Shown piece after piece: positions 1-9,344 of a stretch of DNA of 64,000 nt. A model generated the notes under the pieces. The model did not search any database and was not told the DNA's origin. It saw only the letters and a program-made list of their open reading frames with translations. A program made the position numbers and the translations under genes. The stretch covers positions 4,259 to 68,258 of the forward strand of contig CAYOER010000002.1 in assembly GCA_964403205.1 (NCBI GenBank). The letters run 5' to 3'. Positions within the stretch are counted from its first letter, which is position 1; the number at the start of each line of letters is the position of its first letter. The stretch is from an uncultured Candidatus Saccharibacteria bacterium. GTDB lineage: Bacteria > Patescibacteriota > Minisyncoccia > Phycocordibacterales > PALSA-1337.

Positions 1-572
1 GTATCACCCTGTTTCGGTGGCTTGGTCATATTCTCACTCTGCATTCTACCTCTTGCATCTACTTCTATTATCCTAGAACCATTCTGTCCTCCTAAGATTT
101 TATTAAAATATTTTTCAATTCCATCTATACCTTGGAAATCTTCTCTATAATAGAATCCCGCACTATCTTTCGAAGGATATTGTACATAACCTAGAATATG
201 AGAAAGTCCTGGTAAATCTATATATTTCCTAATAGGAAATTCTCCGGTACCCGGTTCATTCCAGATTAACTCTACACCATTCCTATCATATACTACTCCC
301 CTAGAGGCAAAGAGTGGTGTACTTCGTAATCTATTATTCTCACTTTTTATAGAATATACTTCACCATCTTTTATTTGTAGAATCCAAGTCTTCACTGTAT
401 ATGTTCCAACTATAAGTATAAAAAAAGAAAATAAAACAATCATACTCAATTTCGAAATCGGTTTATCTAGACGACCTTCGAATTGATTCGTATCATAATT
501 CGGCAAATTCCTAGAATCAATGAAAATTTCATCTGGATCTATTTCTTTATTAAATTTTATTTTATTACTCAT
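1..572 (-). CDS. mrdA: Penicillin-binding protein 2, N-terminal part (runs off window start)
   Basis: Manual translation from ATG at 572: MSNKIKFNKEIDPDEIFIDSRNLP...TM helix...LQIKDGEVYSIKSENNRLRSTPLFASRGVVYDRNG, matching the PBP dimerisation-domain RGxIYDRNG motif. Lies downstream of mreB/mreC. Confidence 0.85.
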   Translation of the reverse strand, partial: MSNKIKFNKEIDPDEIFIDSRNLPNYDTNQFEGRLDKPISKLSMIVLFSFFILIVGTYTVKTWILQIKDGEVYSIKSENNRLRSTPLFASRGVVYDRNGVELIWNEPGTGEFPIRKYIDLPGLSHILGYVQYPSKDSAGFYYREDFQGIDGIEKYFNKILGGQNGSRIIEVDARGRMQSENMTKPPKQGD

Positions 573-840
573 AGACTATTAGATGTTTTCTAAAAAATAA
601 AGATGCAATCAAAAATAAAATACTAGCAATACTGAATATATATGGAATATGCCAAAACATATCTAATGGTATACCATATAGGGCATCATACATAATCCCC
701 CACAAGATAATCTCATAATATTTCGGTATAATAAAAACTAGAATAATAGATATAATCAATGGCAAATACCAGAATCCCCATAATATAGTAGAGAAAACTA
801 TTATTCCTAATAAAACTCTTATTTTCGTATTATTAACCAT
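565..840 (-). CDS. Small membrane protein in mreD position (MreD-like)
   Basis: Hydrophobic 91 aa ORF between mreC and pbp2, containing GxxxD (GIMYDAL). Confidence 0.55.
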   Translation of the reverse strand: MVNNTKIRVLLGIIVFSTILWGFWYLPLIISIILVFIIPKYYEIILWGIMYDALYGIPLDMFWHIPYIFSIASILFLIASLFFRKHLIVYE

Positions 841-1619
841 TTTAATTCATAAATATTTATCGGTTGTTTTATAAAAATCTTTTCAAATGGTTTAGACGGT
901 TCTTCTGATATTTCATATACTTTACCTGCAAAAGAATCCACCATATCAGGAACAGAGACAATATCTCCTATAGTAACTTCTGTATCTCTTGGTAATTCTG
1001 CAAAGAATATTCCCCCTCCCATACCATACGCTATTGTCTCTATATTATTATTACCGACAAATACATTGAACTTTTCTCCATAGGAAGAATAGAGCTTTAT
1101 CTTCGATGTATATATTCCAACTTCTACTATTTCACCTAGTATAATATCGCCTAGAGCATAGACTTTATCTCCATTCTCAATACCATGACTTCCACCTATG
1201 TCTATTATTATAGTGTCATAAGCAGAAAAAGGCGGTTTCTTTATTATTTTTGCTAAGATAGAATTATCACTCTGATTTCTTCCCATTATTTCTTTCAAAT
1301 GCTTATTCTCTTCTTGTATAAAATCTAGAAAATAATATTTAGACTCATTTTCTTCTATTTTCTTTTTTAATTCTTCATTTTCTTTTATTAAATTAGATAC
1401 CGATACGAATTCTTCACCATTTTTCACTATTCTCGGTATATTCCAGAATGGTCTAGCAACTATAGCAAAAACTGATGGCAGAAATCTCGGAAATAGAAAA
1501 TATACAATAGATAAAAGTATAGAAACTAATAAAATTATTTTTATTGGTTTTGATAATAATCCATAACGATGATCATTATTTATTTTGTCGTATTTCATCT
1601 TCGTTTTGTATGAGAACAT
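819..1619 (-). CDS. mreC: Rod shape-determining protein MreC
   Basis: N-terminal TM, coiled coil, IIIDIGGSHGIENGD motif; follows mreB. Confidence 0.9.
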   Translation of the reverse strand: MFSYKTKMKYDKINNDHRYGLLSKPIKIILLVSILLSIVYFLFPRFLPSVFAIVARPFWNIPRIVKNGEEFVSVSNLIKENEELKKKIEENESKYYFLDFIQEENKHLKEIMGRNQSDNSILAKIIKKPPFSAYDTIIIDIGGSHGIENGDKVYALGDIILGEIVEVGIYTSKIKLYSSYGEKFNVFVGNNNIETIAYGMGGGIFFAELPRDTEVTIGDIVSVPDMVDSFAGKVYEISEEPSKPFEKIFIKQPINIYELKWLIIRK

Positions 1620-2676
1620 CCTGATACTTCTCTAGATCATCTAGTATTATACCTGTGCCACGCGCTATGGCTGTCATAGGATCTGGAGCTATATATACTG
1701 GTATTTGCAATGCTTTCTCAAGTAATACATCTAATCCCTTTATGAGTGCCCCACCGCCTACTAGATGTATTCCCCTTCTCATAACATCAGAGAGTATCTC
1801 TGGTGGTGTAGTTTCTAGAACTTCTTTTGAAGATTCTACTAATATATCTATAGAGCTTGCCATGGCCTCTCTCACATCTGAATCTGTGATGATTACTTCT
1901 CTAGGTAAACCAGTGATGAGATCCCTGCCTCGTATTGTGGTTTCCAATGATTCTCCTGGAACTACCGCACCAGCTGCTATCTTTATATATTCTGCTGTCT
2001 TTTCTCCGATAAGAATCTTGAATTCATTCCTGATATAGGACATTATATCATTATTGAGCTTGTCTCCAGCTATCTTTATATTTTTTGATTTTACTATTCC
2101 TGACATTGATATTATAGCGATATCTGTAGTGCCACCTCCGATATCTATTATCATATTACCTATTGGCTCTTCGATCGGTAATCGTATACCGATAGCTCCT
2201 GCCATCGGTTGTTCTACTATATATACTTCTCTCGCTCCGGCATTCCTCGTAGCATCTCTCACTGCTCGTATCTCTACATTTGTAACTCCAGATGGTACAC
2301 CGACTACTACCCTAGGACCCAATATCTTTTTAGAATATTGTTCTGCCTTTTTTATAAGATAGGCTATCATCTCTTCTGTAACTTCAAAATCAGAAATAAC
2401 TCCATCTACTAATGGTCGCACCGCTACTATATGTGCTGGTGTACGTCCTAGCATATTCTTGGCCTCGGTGCCGAGCGCCACTACTCTACCTGTTTTCTGA
2501 TTTACCGCTACTACAGAGGGTTCATTTACCACTATTCCCCTACCACGTAGATATACGAGGGTATTGGCAGTACCTAGATCTATACCTAGATCATTGGATA
2601 GAAACCCATATATCTTTTCTTTGAATTTCTTTATGGAATTATTGTTGGAATTAGAGTTTGGCATATTTATAGCCAT
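1576..2676 (-). CDS. mreB: Rod shape-determining protein MreB
   Basis: GIDLGTANT, EPSVVA, IDIGGGTTD and GGGAL actin-like motifs. Confidence 0.97.
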   Translation of the reverse strand: MAINMPNSNSNNNSIKKFKEKIYGFLSNDLGIDLGTANTLVYLRGRGIVVNEPSVVAVNQKTGRVVALGTEAKNMLGRTPAHIVAVRPLVDGVISDFEVTEEMIAYLIKKAEQYSKKILGPRVVVGVPSGVTNVEIRAVRDATRNAGAREVYIVEQPMAGAIGIRLPIEEPIGNMIIDIGGGTTDIAIISMSGIVKSKNIKIAGDKLNNDIMSYIRNEFKILIGEKTAEYIKIAAGAVVPGESLETTIRGRDLITGLPREVIITDSDVREAMASSIDILVESSKEVLETTPPEILSDVMRRGIHLVGGGALIKGLDVLLEKALQIPVYIAPDPMTAIARGTGIILDDLEKYQDVLIQNEDEIRQNK

Positions 2677-2840
2677 ACATTACCATATTTCTCTATAATA
2701 GTGCTATTTCCAAAAGTGATTTGGTGTTTTGTATTGTTTAAAAAATGTATTGACAATAGGGAGAGGTTTGGTAATATATTAGTATTCTCCGGCATAGACA
2801 AGCCAAGTAGGTTGCGACCTACATAGTTAGAAAGAGGCGA

Positions 2841-3242
2841 TCAGCTTAATATAAAAGCTACGGTCGCTTTTTTCAATTTATTATGTAGATAATCTGAAGT
2901 AATACCAATGTTTTTAACTAACCTTTTTTTATCAAAGACTTTTACCTGTAAAATTAATGCAGTATGAAACTCATAATCAAAATAGAATGATAAATGTGCA
3001 ATATCTTCTCTTAATTGAGTTGTTAATGGAATACCGATAAATGTCTTAGAGTTAATTTTCTTTAGAATATAAACCGGCCTAGTAAACATTTCCCCTTTAC
3101 CATCATTTTCAGCTCCTACATTAACACCCGTACTACACCACCAAATCTCCTTATCAGAAAAGGAAATCTTTAAACTGACATTCTCAAGTTTCTTCTTTAC
3201 ACTATTCCAATTATCGAAATCTTTCTTGTATGACATAACCAT
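2841..3242 (-). CDS. PemK/MazF-family endoribonuclease toxin (no adjacent protein antitoxin)
   Basis: EIWWCSTGVNVGAENDGKG..RPVYILKK..GIPLTT pattern typical of PemK-like proteins. Confidence 0.75.
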   Translation of the reverse strand: MVMSYKKDFDNWNSVKKKLENVSLKISFSDKEIWWCSTGVNVGAENDGKGEMFTRPVYILKKINSKTFIGIPLTTQLREDIAHLSFYFDYEFHTALILQVKVFDKKRLVKNIGITSDYLHNKLKKATVAFILS

Positions 3243-3256
3243 ACCTTATCAGATTA

Positions 3257-3340
3257 GTGATAAAGAAATAATAAAAAAATAATAAAATTTCGATAAAATT
3301 CCTAGTTGTACAATAGAAATTAGATTATTTCAAGAGAGAA
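3257..3340. repeat. ~85 bp direct repeat, copy 1 (upstream of PemK-like toxin)
   Basis: gtgataaagaaataataaaaaaataataaaattt...gattatttcaagaga recurs with few mismatches at ~8590-8672. Confidence 0.85.
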
Positions 3341-3395
3341 AGTGGGGGGGGTTAGTTACTATTGTTGTATATTGTGAAGTTGGGATTTTTATTGA

Positions 3396-4151
3396 TTACT
3401 GATTAAGAGTTTGGTCTTTATTCCTATTTCTTCTCCAAACTATTATTGCTGTAACTATTATTATTAATGCAATTGCGATAGCAAAGTATAACCAGAATTT
3501 AATACCATTATCTGTATCCCCAACTGCTGCTGTTAATTGATTATCTGTAGTATTTACTACTTCTGATTCTGTATCTGATATTTCATTTATTATTTCTTCT
3601 TTTGTAGTTGTAGCTATGACTGGTGTTTCAGCCGGTACAGTAGATGTAGGTGGAGGTACAATAACCTTTTTTACTAATGGATTGATCGTAAGAATTATAG
3701 TCTGTGATCCACTATTTTTATTTAGATTATCTTTATCTAGAATATTTGAAGTACTATTTAAGACGATACTTGCAGTTCCAGCTTTTTTTGCTTTTAGAGT
3801 GATTCTTCCAAATGCAGTAGTAGAATTGAAGCCCCCTGGATATCCACCTGTTTTTATCAATACTCCATTTATATTATCTATAGAATCATAACCAGCTTGT
3901 TTCAAAGGCATCCATGCATCATTCATAGTGAATGATTGTATTGATAATAGATCAGAAGGAATATTCATATTTAGAGAAACTGTATAGATAGTGACTCCAT
4001 TTGGATTCACAGATACTGGAATAGTTATAATATCTCCTACTGTATATGATAATTTTGTTGGAGATAATGTAAAATTAGCTGCAAAAATAGTATTCGGAAA
4101 TATTGTTATTATACCTAGGAAAATTGTTGTAATTATTATCTTTATTTTCAT
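3396..4151 (-). CDS. Cohesin-domain protein with signal peptide and C-terminal TM anchor
   Basis: SYTVGDIITIPVSVN...FGRITLKAKKAGTASI cohesin-like beta pattern, P/T-rich stalk, TM helix and basic tail. Confidence 0.7.
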   Translation of the reverse strand: MKIKIIITTIFLGIITIFPNTIFAANFTLSPTKLSYTVGDIITIPVSVNPNGVTIYTVSLNMNIPSDLLSIQSFTMNDAWMPLKQAGYDSIDNINGVLIKTGGYPGGFNSTTAFGRITLKAKKAGTASIVLNSTSNILDKDNLNKNSGSQTIILTINPLVKKVIVPPPTSTVPAETPVIATTTKEEIINEISDTESEVVNTTDNQLTAAVGDTDNGIKFWLYFAIAIALIIIVTAIIVWRRNRNKDQTLNQ

Positions 4152-4161
4152 ATTATTTTAA

Positions 4162-4794
4162 TTATCTTGTCCAATTAATCATCAGCATATTGAAATCTAG
4201 AATATCAACTCTATCATTCTTATCTAAATCTCCTTTAATATTTGTTCCAGTTTTCCCCCAATCAATCATAACAATATTAAAATCAAATACATCTATTTTA
4301 TTGTCTCCAGTAATATCCGCAGAATTTGTGTTTGTATTAGTGTTGTTGGATGATGAACCACCGCTACTACTACCTCCTCCACTGCCACCTCCTCCACTAC
4401 CAGTATTGGGGGTGGGGGAAGGAACTGTGAATGTTCCAGGTACTATCAGATTAAGATTTGTAGATGAACCATTTACAAATATGGCTGTTTCTCCACTATC
4501 TATTCCGTTTACAAGAAAATTTATAGTCTTACCGTTATTATCTCCATTTTCATCCAAAACAAAGAGAAGTACTGGAAAATAACCATAATTTCCATTATTA
4601 ATAGCTGATTGAGCTTTTACAATACCATTTATTTTGGCCTCTACTATTATTCCATTAGCTGGTACGGAATTATCTTCTGCTTTTACTGTACCGTAGAATT
4701 TATGCGGAATACCAGGACTAGCACCTAATACTAATGATGGTGTAGAGAATAAAAGTATGCAAGAAATTAGAATAATTTTTATATATCTTTTCAT
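4162..4794 (-). CDS. Secreted protein with C-terminal dockerin-like domain
   Basis: Gly/Ser linker followed by the duplicated Ca-binding loops DITGDNKIDVFDF and DLDKNDRVDILDF. Confidence 0.8.
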   Translation of the reverse strand: MKRYIKIILISCILLFSTPSLVLGASPGIPHKFYGTVKAEDNSVPANGIIVEAKINGIVKAQSAINNGNYGYFPVLLFVLDENGDNNGKTINFLVNGIDSGETAIFVNGSSTNLNLIVPGTFTVPSPTPNTGSGGGGSGGGSSSGGSSSNNTNTNTNSADITGDNKIDVFDFNIVMIDWGKTGTNIKGDLDKNDRVDILDFNMLMINWTR

Positions 4795-4818
4795 TTCAGT
4801 TAATTAAGATAATTCAGG

Positions 4819-7656
4819 TTAATTATTGCTTGGCGTATATTCCTTTTCCTGTGGAAGAGAGATCCAGAATCCTTCACCAGGAAGAATAGTGTCATTTAGA
4901 CTTACATTCTTGAATGTTCCACCATCATTCTGGAATCCCCATAGTGCAGAATAACTTCCACCGAGACTTGCAAATGCATCATTTGGAGTACTAGAATTTT
5001 CTTCTTGAAGTTGATAATAACCTATTAGATTCCAACCTGACCCCAATGTTCTACTTGCTGGTAGATTAGGACCTACAGAAAGTAATGTTCCTAAACCTGA
5101 AATAGATGAATCATTATTTGCATTTATCCAATATCCATAACCGGATTTCATAGAGCTTAGATTATTTGTAGCTTCAGGATCATTTGGAGAATATGTTAAC
5201 CAGCCATTTATTGAATTTGGATTTGAAGGATCATATGTCCATACTGTATCTATACTATCCTTTGCATTACCTAGAACATCTACAATATCAGAATCAAGAG
5301 GAGTTACTGGTAATGATATTAGATTCCATGAATTATTTTCTGAATGATATAGTGGAATATTATAAGTAGTTATTGTGGTGAAATCTATTTCATTATGAGT
5401 AGAATTCATAGTATTCCCTGCTAGATCAGTTATTCCAGAAATAGATACGGAATATTCTGTATTACTTGATAGATTATTATTTGGAATTATAGTTATTACA
5501 TTTGTACCAGAATCTGCAACTGTGAAATCTGTAAATGATGGATTAAATGTAATATTGCTATTATTTACATTAACAGCCTCATCAAATGTAAGGGTTATAT
5601 AATTTTTCAAAGCAATATCTAGAGCTCCAACAGATGGAAGATATGATGATATTGTTGGTGAAGTTGTATCTACTACAATATTTCCACTAGCATTACCAAT
5701 ATTTCCTGCTATATCAGTACTTGAAACAGATATAGTATACGGATTATCAGAAAGAGTATCAGTTGTTTTTGACCATACTCCATTCTCTGGTTCAACTGTA
5801 TAATCATTTTCATTTATAGTAACTACAATATCTGAAGTATTATCATCTGTAGTACCTGTAATTGTTGGTGTATTGTCATTTGTTAGAGAAGTAGAGGTGA
5901 TGGAGAGGGAGGGAGCAGTAATATCAGTAATTACTACTACTTGTTCAGCTGTTGCAGAATTTCCAGAAGCATCTGTAGCTGTCCATATTACAGTAGTAGT
6001 ACCTAATGGAAATAGAGATGGGGCATCATTTGTTACTTCAGGTGATGAGTCTCCTATATCTGAAACAATTGGACTACCAAGGATAACAGACGTTGAAAGT
6101 GTATTATTCATATCTTGAACAATATTCTCTGGAGCAGTAATAGTAGGATCTGTAGTATCTATAACATTTACTATTCTAGTAGACGATACAGCTATATTAC
6201 CCGCTAAATCTGAAACATTATAAGTTACAGTATATACTCCGACAACTGATGTATTTACTGTACTATCTATTGTAATAGATAATGTAATATCTCCATCAAC
6301 AATATCTGAAGCTGTTGCACCCTGATCTGTATATGTATCACCAACTTCCATTGTAATTGTAGTAGTAGAAATTCCACCTATTACATTAATGATCGGAGCT
6401 GTGGTATCCTCTACTGTTACTGTAAATTCTAAAGTATTTTGATTTTCTAAGGAATCCGTAGCACTACATATAACTGGAGTTGTACCAATACTAAATAGTG
6501 AATCATTTGTTGGAGTACAATCAACATCTACATTTCCATCTACCAAATCTGTAGCTGTAGGATTTGTATAATTAACTGTGGCTCCAGATGCTGAGGTGGC
6601 CTCAACTGTTAGATTTTCATGAGAGGAGATGGTTGGTGGTGTACTGTCTATAATTTCTATTTGTGAAGTTACTGTGGAACTGTTTCTAGAAGCATCTGTA
6701 GCTGTCCAAGTAACTGTATGTGTCCCAACATTAAAGGTATGTGGTTCATAGGATATTGTCGGATTTGAATCTACAGTATCTACTGCTGTAGCTTGTACTA
6801 AGGTAGGTTCAGTTGAAGCACCTGTAGCTTGAAAAGATTGTGGTTCTATAGGAGCAGTAATAACTGGATCAGTGGTATCTACTACATTTACTGTTCTAAT
6901 AACTGGAATGGCATTATTATTTGCTAAATCTGAAACATTGTAAGTTACAGTATATACTCCGACAACTGATGTATTTACTGTACTATCTATTGTTATAGAT
7001 GATGTAATATCTCCATCAGCTAAATCCAAAGCCGTAGCTCCATCATCAATATAATTAGAACCAAATTCAACATTAACAGAATTTTGACCAATTAATGTTA
7101 TCTCTGGAGCTATTTTATCAATATTACTTATAGTTACAGTTTCGGTTGTAGAATTACCAGATTCATCTGTAGCAGTAAAATTAAAACTTCCATTTTCAAC
7201 AAAAGTATGGGAATCAAAATCTAATGTACCCTCATTAGTTATAACGGTTACAGTGATATCTTGATTTGTTGGAGTAGTTGAATCAAATGGATTTACAGTA
7301 ATAGTTGGAAAAATCTTGTCTACTGTAAAACTTATACTCGTTGTAGTGCTAGCTATCCCATCTACTGATGATTGAATTGCAAAAGTATGAACACCATCAG
7401 AAAGATTTGTTAAATTATGTGGAGATGAACAATCAGCATATGAATCAAGATTTAATTTACACTGTACAAAATTATCACTGACTGTAAAATCTACACTAAC
7501 AGTATTTGTATTTATAAAAGAATTATTCGCTGGGCTATTTATTATAGCAACTTCTGCCCTAGCAACATTAGCAAAAGAAACAGTTGCACTGAAGATAAGT
7601 GCCATTGCTATAAAAGTATATATAGCAATATTAGGAAACGATAGTTTATTTTTCAT
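4819..7656 (-). CDS. Large surface protein with Ig-like/HYR/DUF5011/Big_5-type repeats
   Basis: Signal peptide, repeated DTTxPxIT motifs and GATAxDxxDGDIT...YTVTYNVSD units. Near-identical DNA copies at ~6202-6298 and ~6923-7018. Confidence 0.8.
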   Translation of the reverse strand: MKNKLSFPNIAIYTFIAMALIFSATVSFANVARAEVAIINSPANNSFINTNTVSVDFTVSDNFVQCKLNLDSYADCSSPHNLTNLSDGVHTFAIQSSVDGIASTTTSISFTVDKIFPTITVNPFDSTTPTNQDITVTVITNEGTLDFDSHTFVENGSFNFTATDESGNSTTETVTISNIDKIAPEITLIGQNSVNVEFGSNYIDDGATALDLADGDITSSITIDSTVNTSVVGVYTVTYNVSDLANNNAIPVIRTVNVVDTTDPVITAPIEPQSFQATGASTEPTLVQATAVDTVDSNPTISYEPHTFNVGTHTVTWTATDASRNSSTVTSQIEIIDSTPPTISSHENLTVEATSASGATVNYTNPTATDLVDGNVDVDCTPTNDSLFSIGTTPVICSATDSLENQNTLEFTVTVEDTTAPIINVIGGISTTTITMEVGDTYTDQGATASDIVDGDITLSITIDSTVNTSVVGVYTVTYNVSDLAGNIAVSSTRIVNVIDTTDPTITAPENIVQDMNNTLSTSVILGSPIVSDIGDSSPEVTNDAPSLFPLGTTTVIWTATDASGNSATAEQVVVITDITAPSLSITSTSLTNDNTPTITGTTDDNTSDIVVTINENDYTVEPENGVWSKTTDTLSDNPYTISVSSTDIAGNIGNASGNIVVDTTSPTISSYLPSVGALDIALKNYITLTFDEAVNVNNSNITFNPSFTDFTVADSGTNVITIIPNNNLSSNTEYSVSISGITDLAGNTMNSTHNEIDFTTITTYNIPLYHSENNSWNLISLPVTPLDSDIVDVLGNAKDSIDTVWTYDPSNPNSINGWLTYSPNDPEATNNLSSMKSGYGYWINANNDSSISGLGTLLSVGPNLPASRTLGSGWNLIGYYQLQEENSSTPNDAFASLGGSYSALWGFQNDGGTFKNVSLNDTILPGEGFWISLPQEKEYTPSNN

Positions 7657-7844
7657 TTATTTATTAAATAATTAATTATTAAATAGTAATAAGCTCTGTG
7701 AATAGATGCTAACTATAGTTAGCGACTATATACAGCAATATACTCTTCAATATCAATAATATCAAGTCAATCTGTGGATAAGAGGTGGAAAAGTGCTAAC
7801 TATAGTATGTAGAACTAATAGTATCAAAATACTACACTTTCCTT

Positions 7845-8063
7845 GTGAAAGATAAAACATATACACTTCTAAAGTTCGGAAGAAGGATACGCGAAGAAAG
7901 ATTGAAGAAAGGAATATCACAAGAAAGACTTGGTGAAATAGCTAGGGTACATAGAACCTATATCGGAATGATAGAAAGAGGTGAGAAGAATATTACCCTT
8001 TTAAATATGGAGAAGCTCGCCATGGCATTAGATCTAGAATTAAGTAAATTGATTGAAAATTGA
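7845..8063 (+). CDS. XRE/Cro-type HTH regulator (R-M controller-protein-like)
   Basis: GISQERLGEIARVHRTYIGMIERGEKNITL HTH_3 signature. Confidence 0.9.
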   Translation: MKDKTYTLLKFGRRIREERLKKGISQERLGEIARVHRTYIGMIERGEKNITLLNMEKLAMALDLELSKLIEN

Positions 8064-8098
8064 GTTTTTTGGTTGGGGTTTTGTATTGTTGGGGAAGA

Positions 8099-8332
8099 TT
8101 AAACTTTAGTACGTATGTCTGATATTAAATTTACAGGAATTCCATTTCTTATATTTTTCTCTAATTCTTTGCTTTGTATAGATGATGCATCAAGTAACTC
8201 TATACCTAAAACATCCCCTTTTGAAGAAACATCAACAAATAATCTATCTTTAACTTTCAATGTTTTAGAAACCTTACCATCTTTGATAGTAAAGTATATT
8301 GCATCTGCTACTTTGTCATAGTCTATTTTCAT
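8099..8332 (-). CDS. DUF2283-family protein (putative antitoxin)
   Basis: MKIDYDKVADAIYF...GDVLGIELLDAS pattern. Confidence 0.75.
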   Translation of the reverse strand: MKIDYDKVADAIYFTIKDGKVSKTLKVKDRLFVDVSSKGDVLGIELLDASSIQSKELEKNIRNGIPVNLISDIRTKV

Positions 8333-8338
8333 ATTTTA

Positions 8339-8569
8339 TTATATATAATAAGCAGTTATAATCAGATATTCTTCATATTTATCCCTGAATGCTTCCCTAC
8401 AATATATCACCTCTATTTCCTTTTGACCAATCTTCTTTCTTACTCTGATTCTAGCCTCGAAAGCTGTTTCCTTATAATCTGGATTATTAATTGCACTCTT
8501 TACATGCTCTATATCTATATTACGATACGATATCATATCTTGAGAATGTCTAGTTAATTTTAATTTCAT
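8339..8569 (-). CDS. DUF4258-family protein (putative RelE-like toxin)
   Basis: LTRHSQDMISYRNI...IITAY pattern; paired with DUF2283. Confidence 0.7.
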   Translation of the reverse strand: MKLKLTRHSQDMISYRNIDIEHVKSAINNPDYKETAFEARIRVRKKIGQKEIEVIYCREAFRDKYEEYLIITAYYI

Positions 8570-8589
8570 TCACCTAAAATAGCATAGGG

Positions 8590-8672
8590 GTGATAAAGAA
8601 ATAATAAAAAAATAATAAAATTTTGATAAAATTTCTAGTTGGACAATAGAATTCAGATTATTTCAAGAGAAA
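8590..8672. repeat. ~85 bp direct repeat, copy 2 (upstream of DUF4258/DUF2283)
   Basis: Near-identical to 3257-3340. Confidence 0.85.
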
Positions 8673-8871
8673 ATAGAATCCTAAAGTCTCTTGAAATTCC
8701 CACCAGAAACAATAGATCTCTTTAATCTCTTCTCTAATTTCAGTTGACTACAGATTGTAGATAACTCAACCATAGACAATCTGTCGATAATTCATATATT
8801 ACAAAGGGGGGTGGCAATTTGCCCCCATCCTTTTATCTCAACTGGTGACGTTTTGTCACCAGTTCACTTCA

Positions 8872-9196
8872 TTAATCTTTTAATTGTTTTTTATTTGGCA
8901 AATAATTATTCCCAGTTATAACCGACTTGCCTGTTTTCTCTTCAAGAGCCTTTCTCGCGTCTTTGGCAAACGGACTGTAATTTCAGTTTGTCACATTTTG
9001 TGACAGACTCACTTCCCTCATTTTTAAGCCTGTTTTTTAGGGTCGTCCAATAACTTTAAGCTTTTTTGAAATCAACCTGCTCTGTCAGAGCTGCCACAAT
9101 ATCAATGACTGAAAAATACCAAGTTTCTGTTTTCTCATCAAAGTACCGACGAATTTTGTGAATTTCGAAAATAGCAAATGAAGTATTATTTTTCAT
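8872..9196 (-). pseudogene. Bro-N domain protein pseudogene
   Basis: MKNNTSFAIFEIHKIRRYFDEKTETWYFSVIDIVAALT..KKA*SYWTTLKNRLKNEGSESVTKCDKLKL has an in-frame stop, then jumps to the C-terminal ARKALEEKTGKSVITGNNYL (internal deletion). Confidence 0.8.
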
Positions 9197-9344
9197 ATTA
9201 TTTTTTTCTTATGTCTTATAAATATTCAAGTATAAAGAATAACACGGTATATCTACAGTAACTTTTATAGAAAGAATTCACGACATGCTTATAAAAAGTG
9301 AACTCTGATGCAATAATCGTAGCTAAATAGAAATATTTTGTAAA

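Noticed and set aside
7773-7781. DnaA box (also at 61669-61677) as oriC
   Set aside because: Single isolated boxes, with no cluster and no dnaA nearby.
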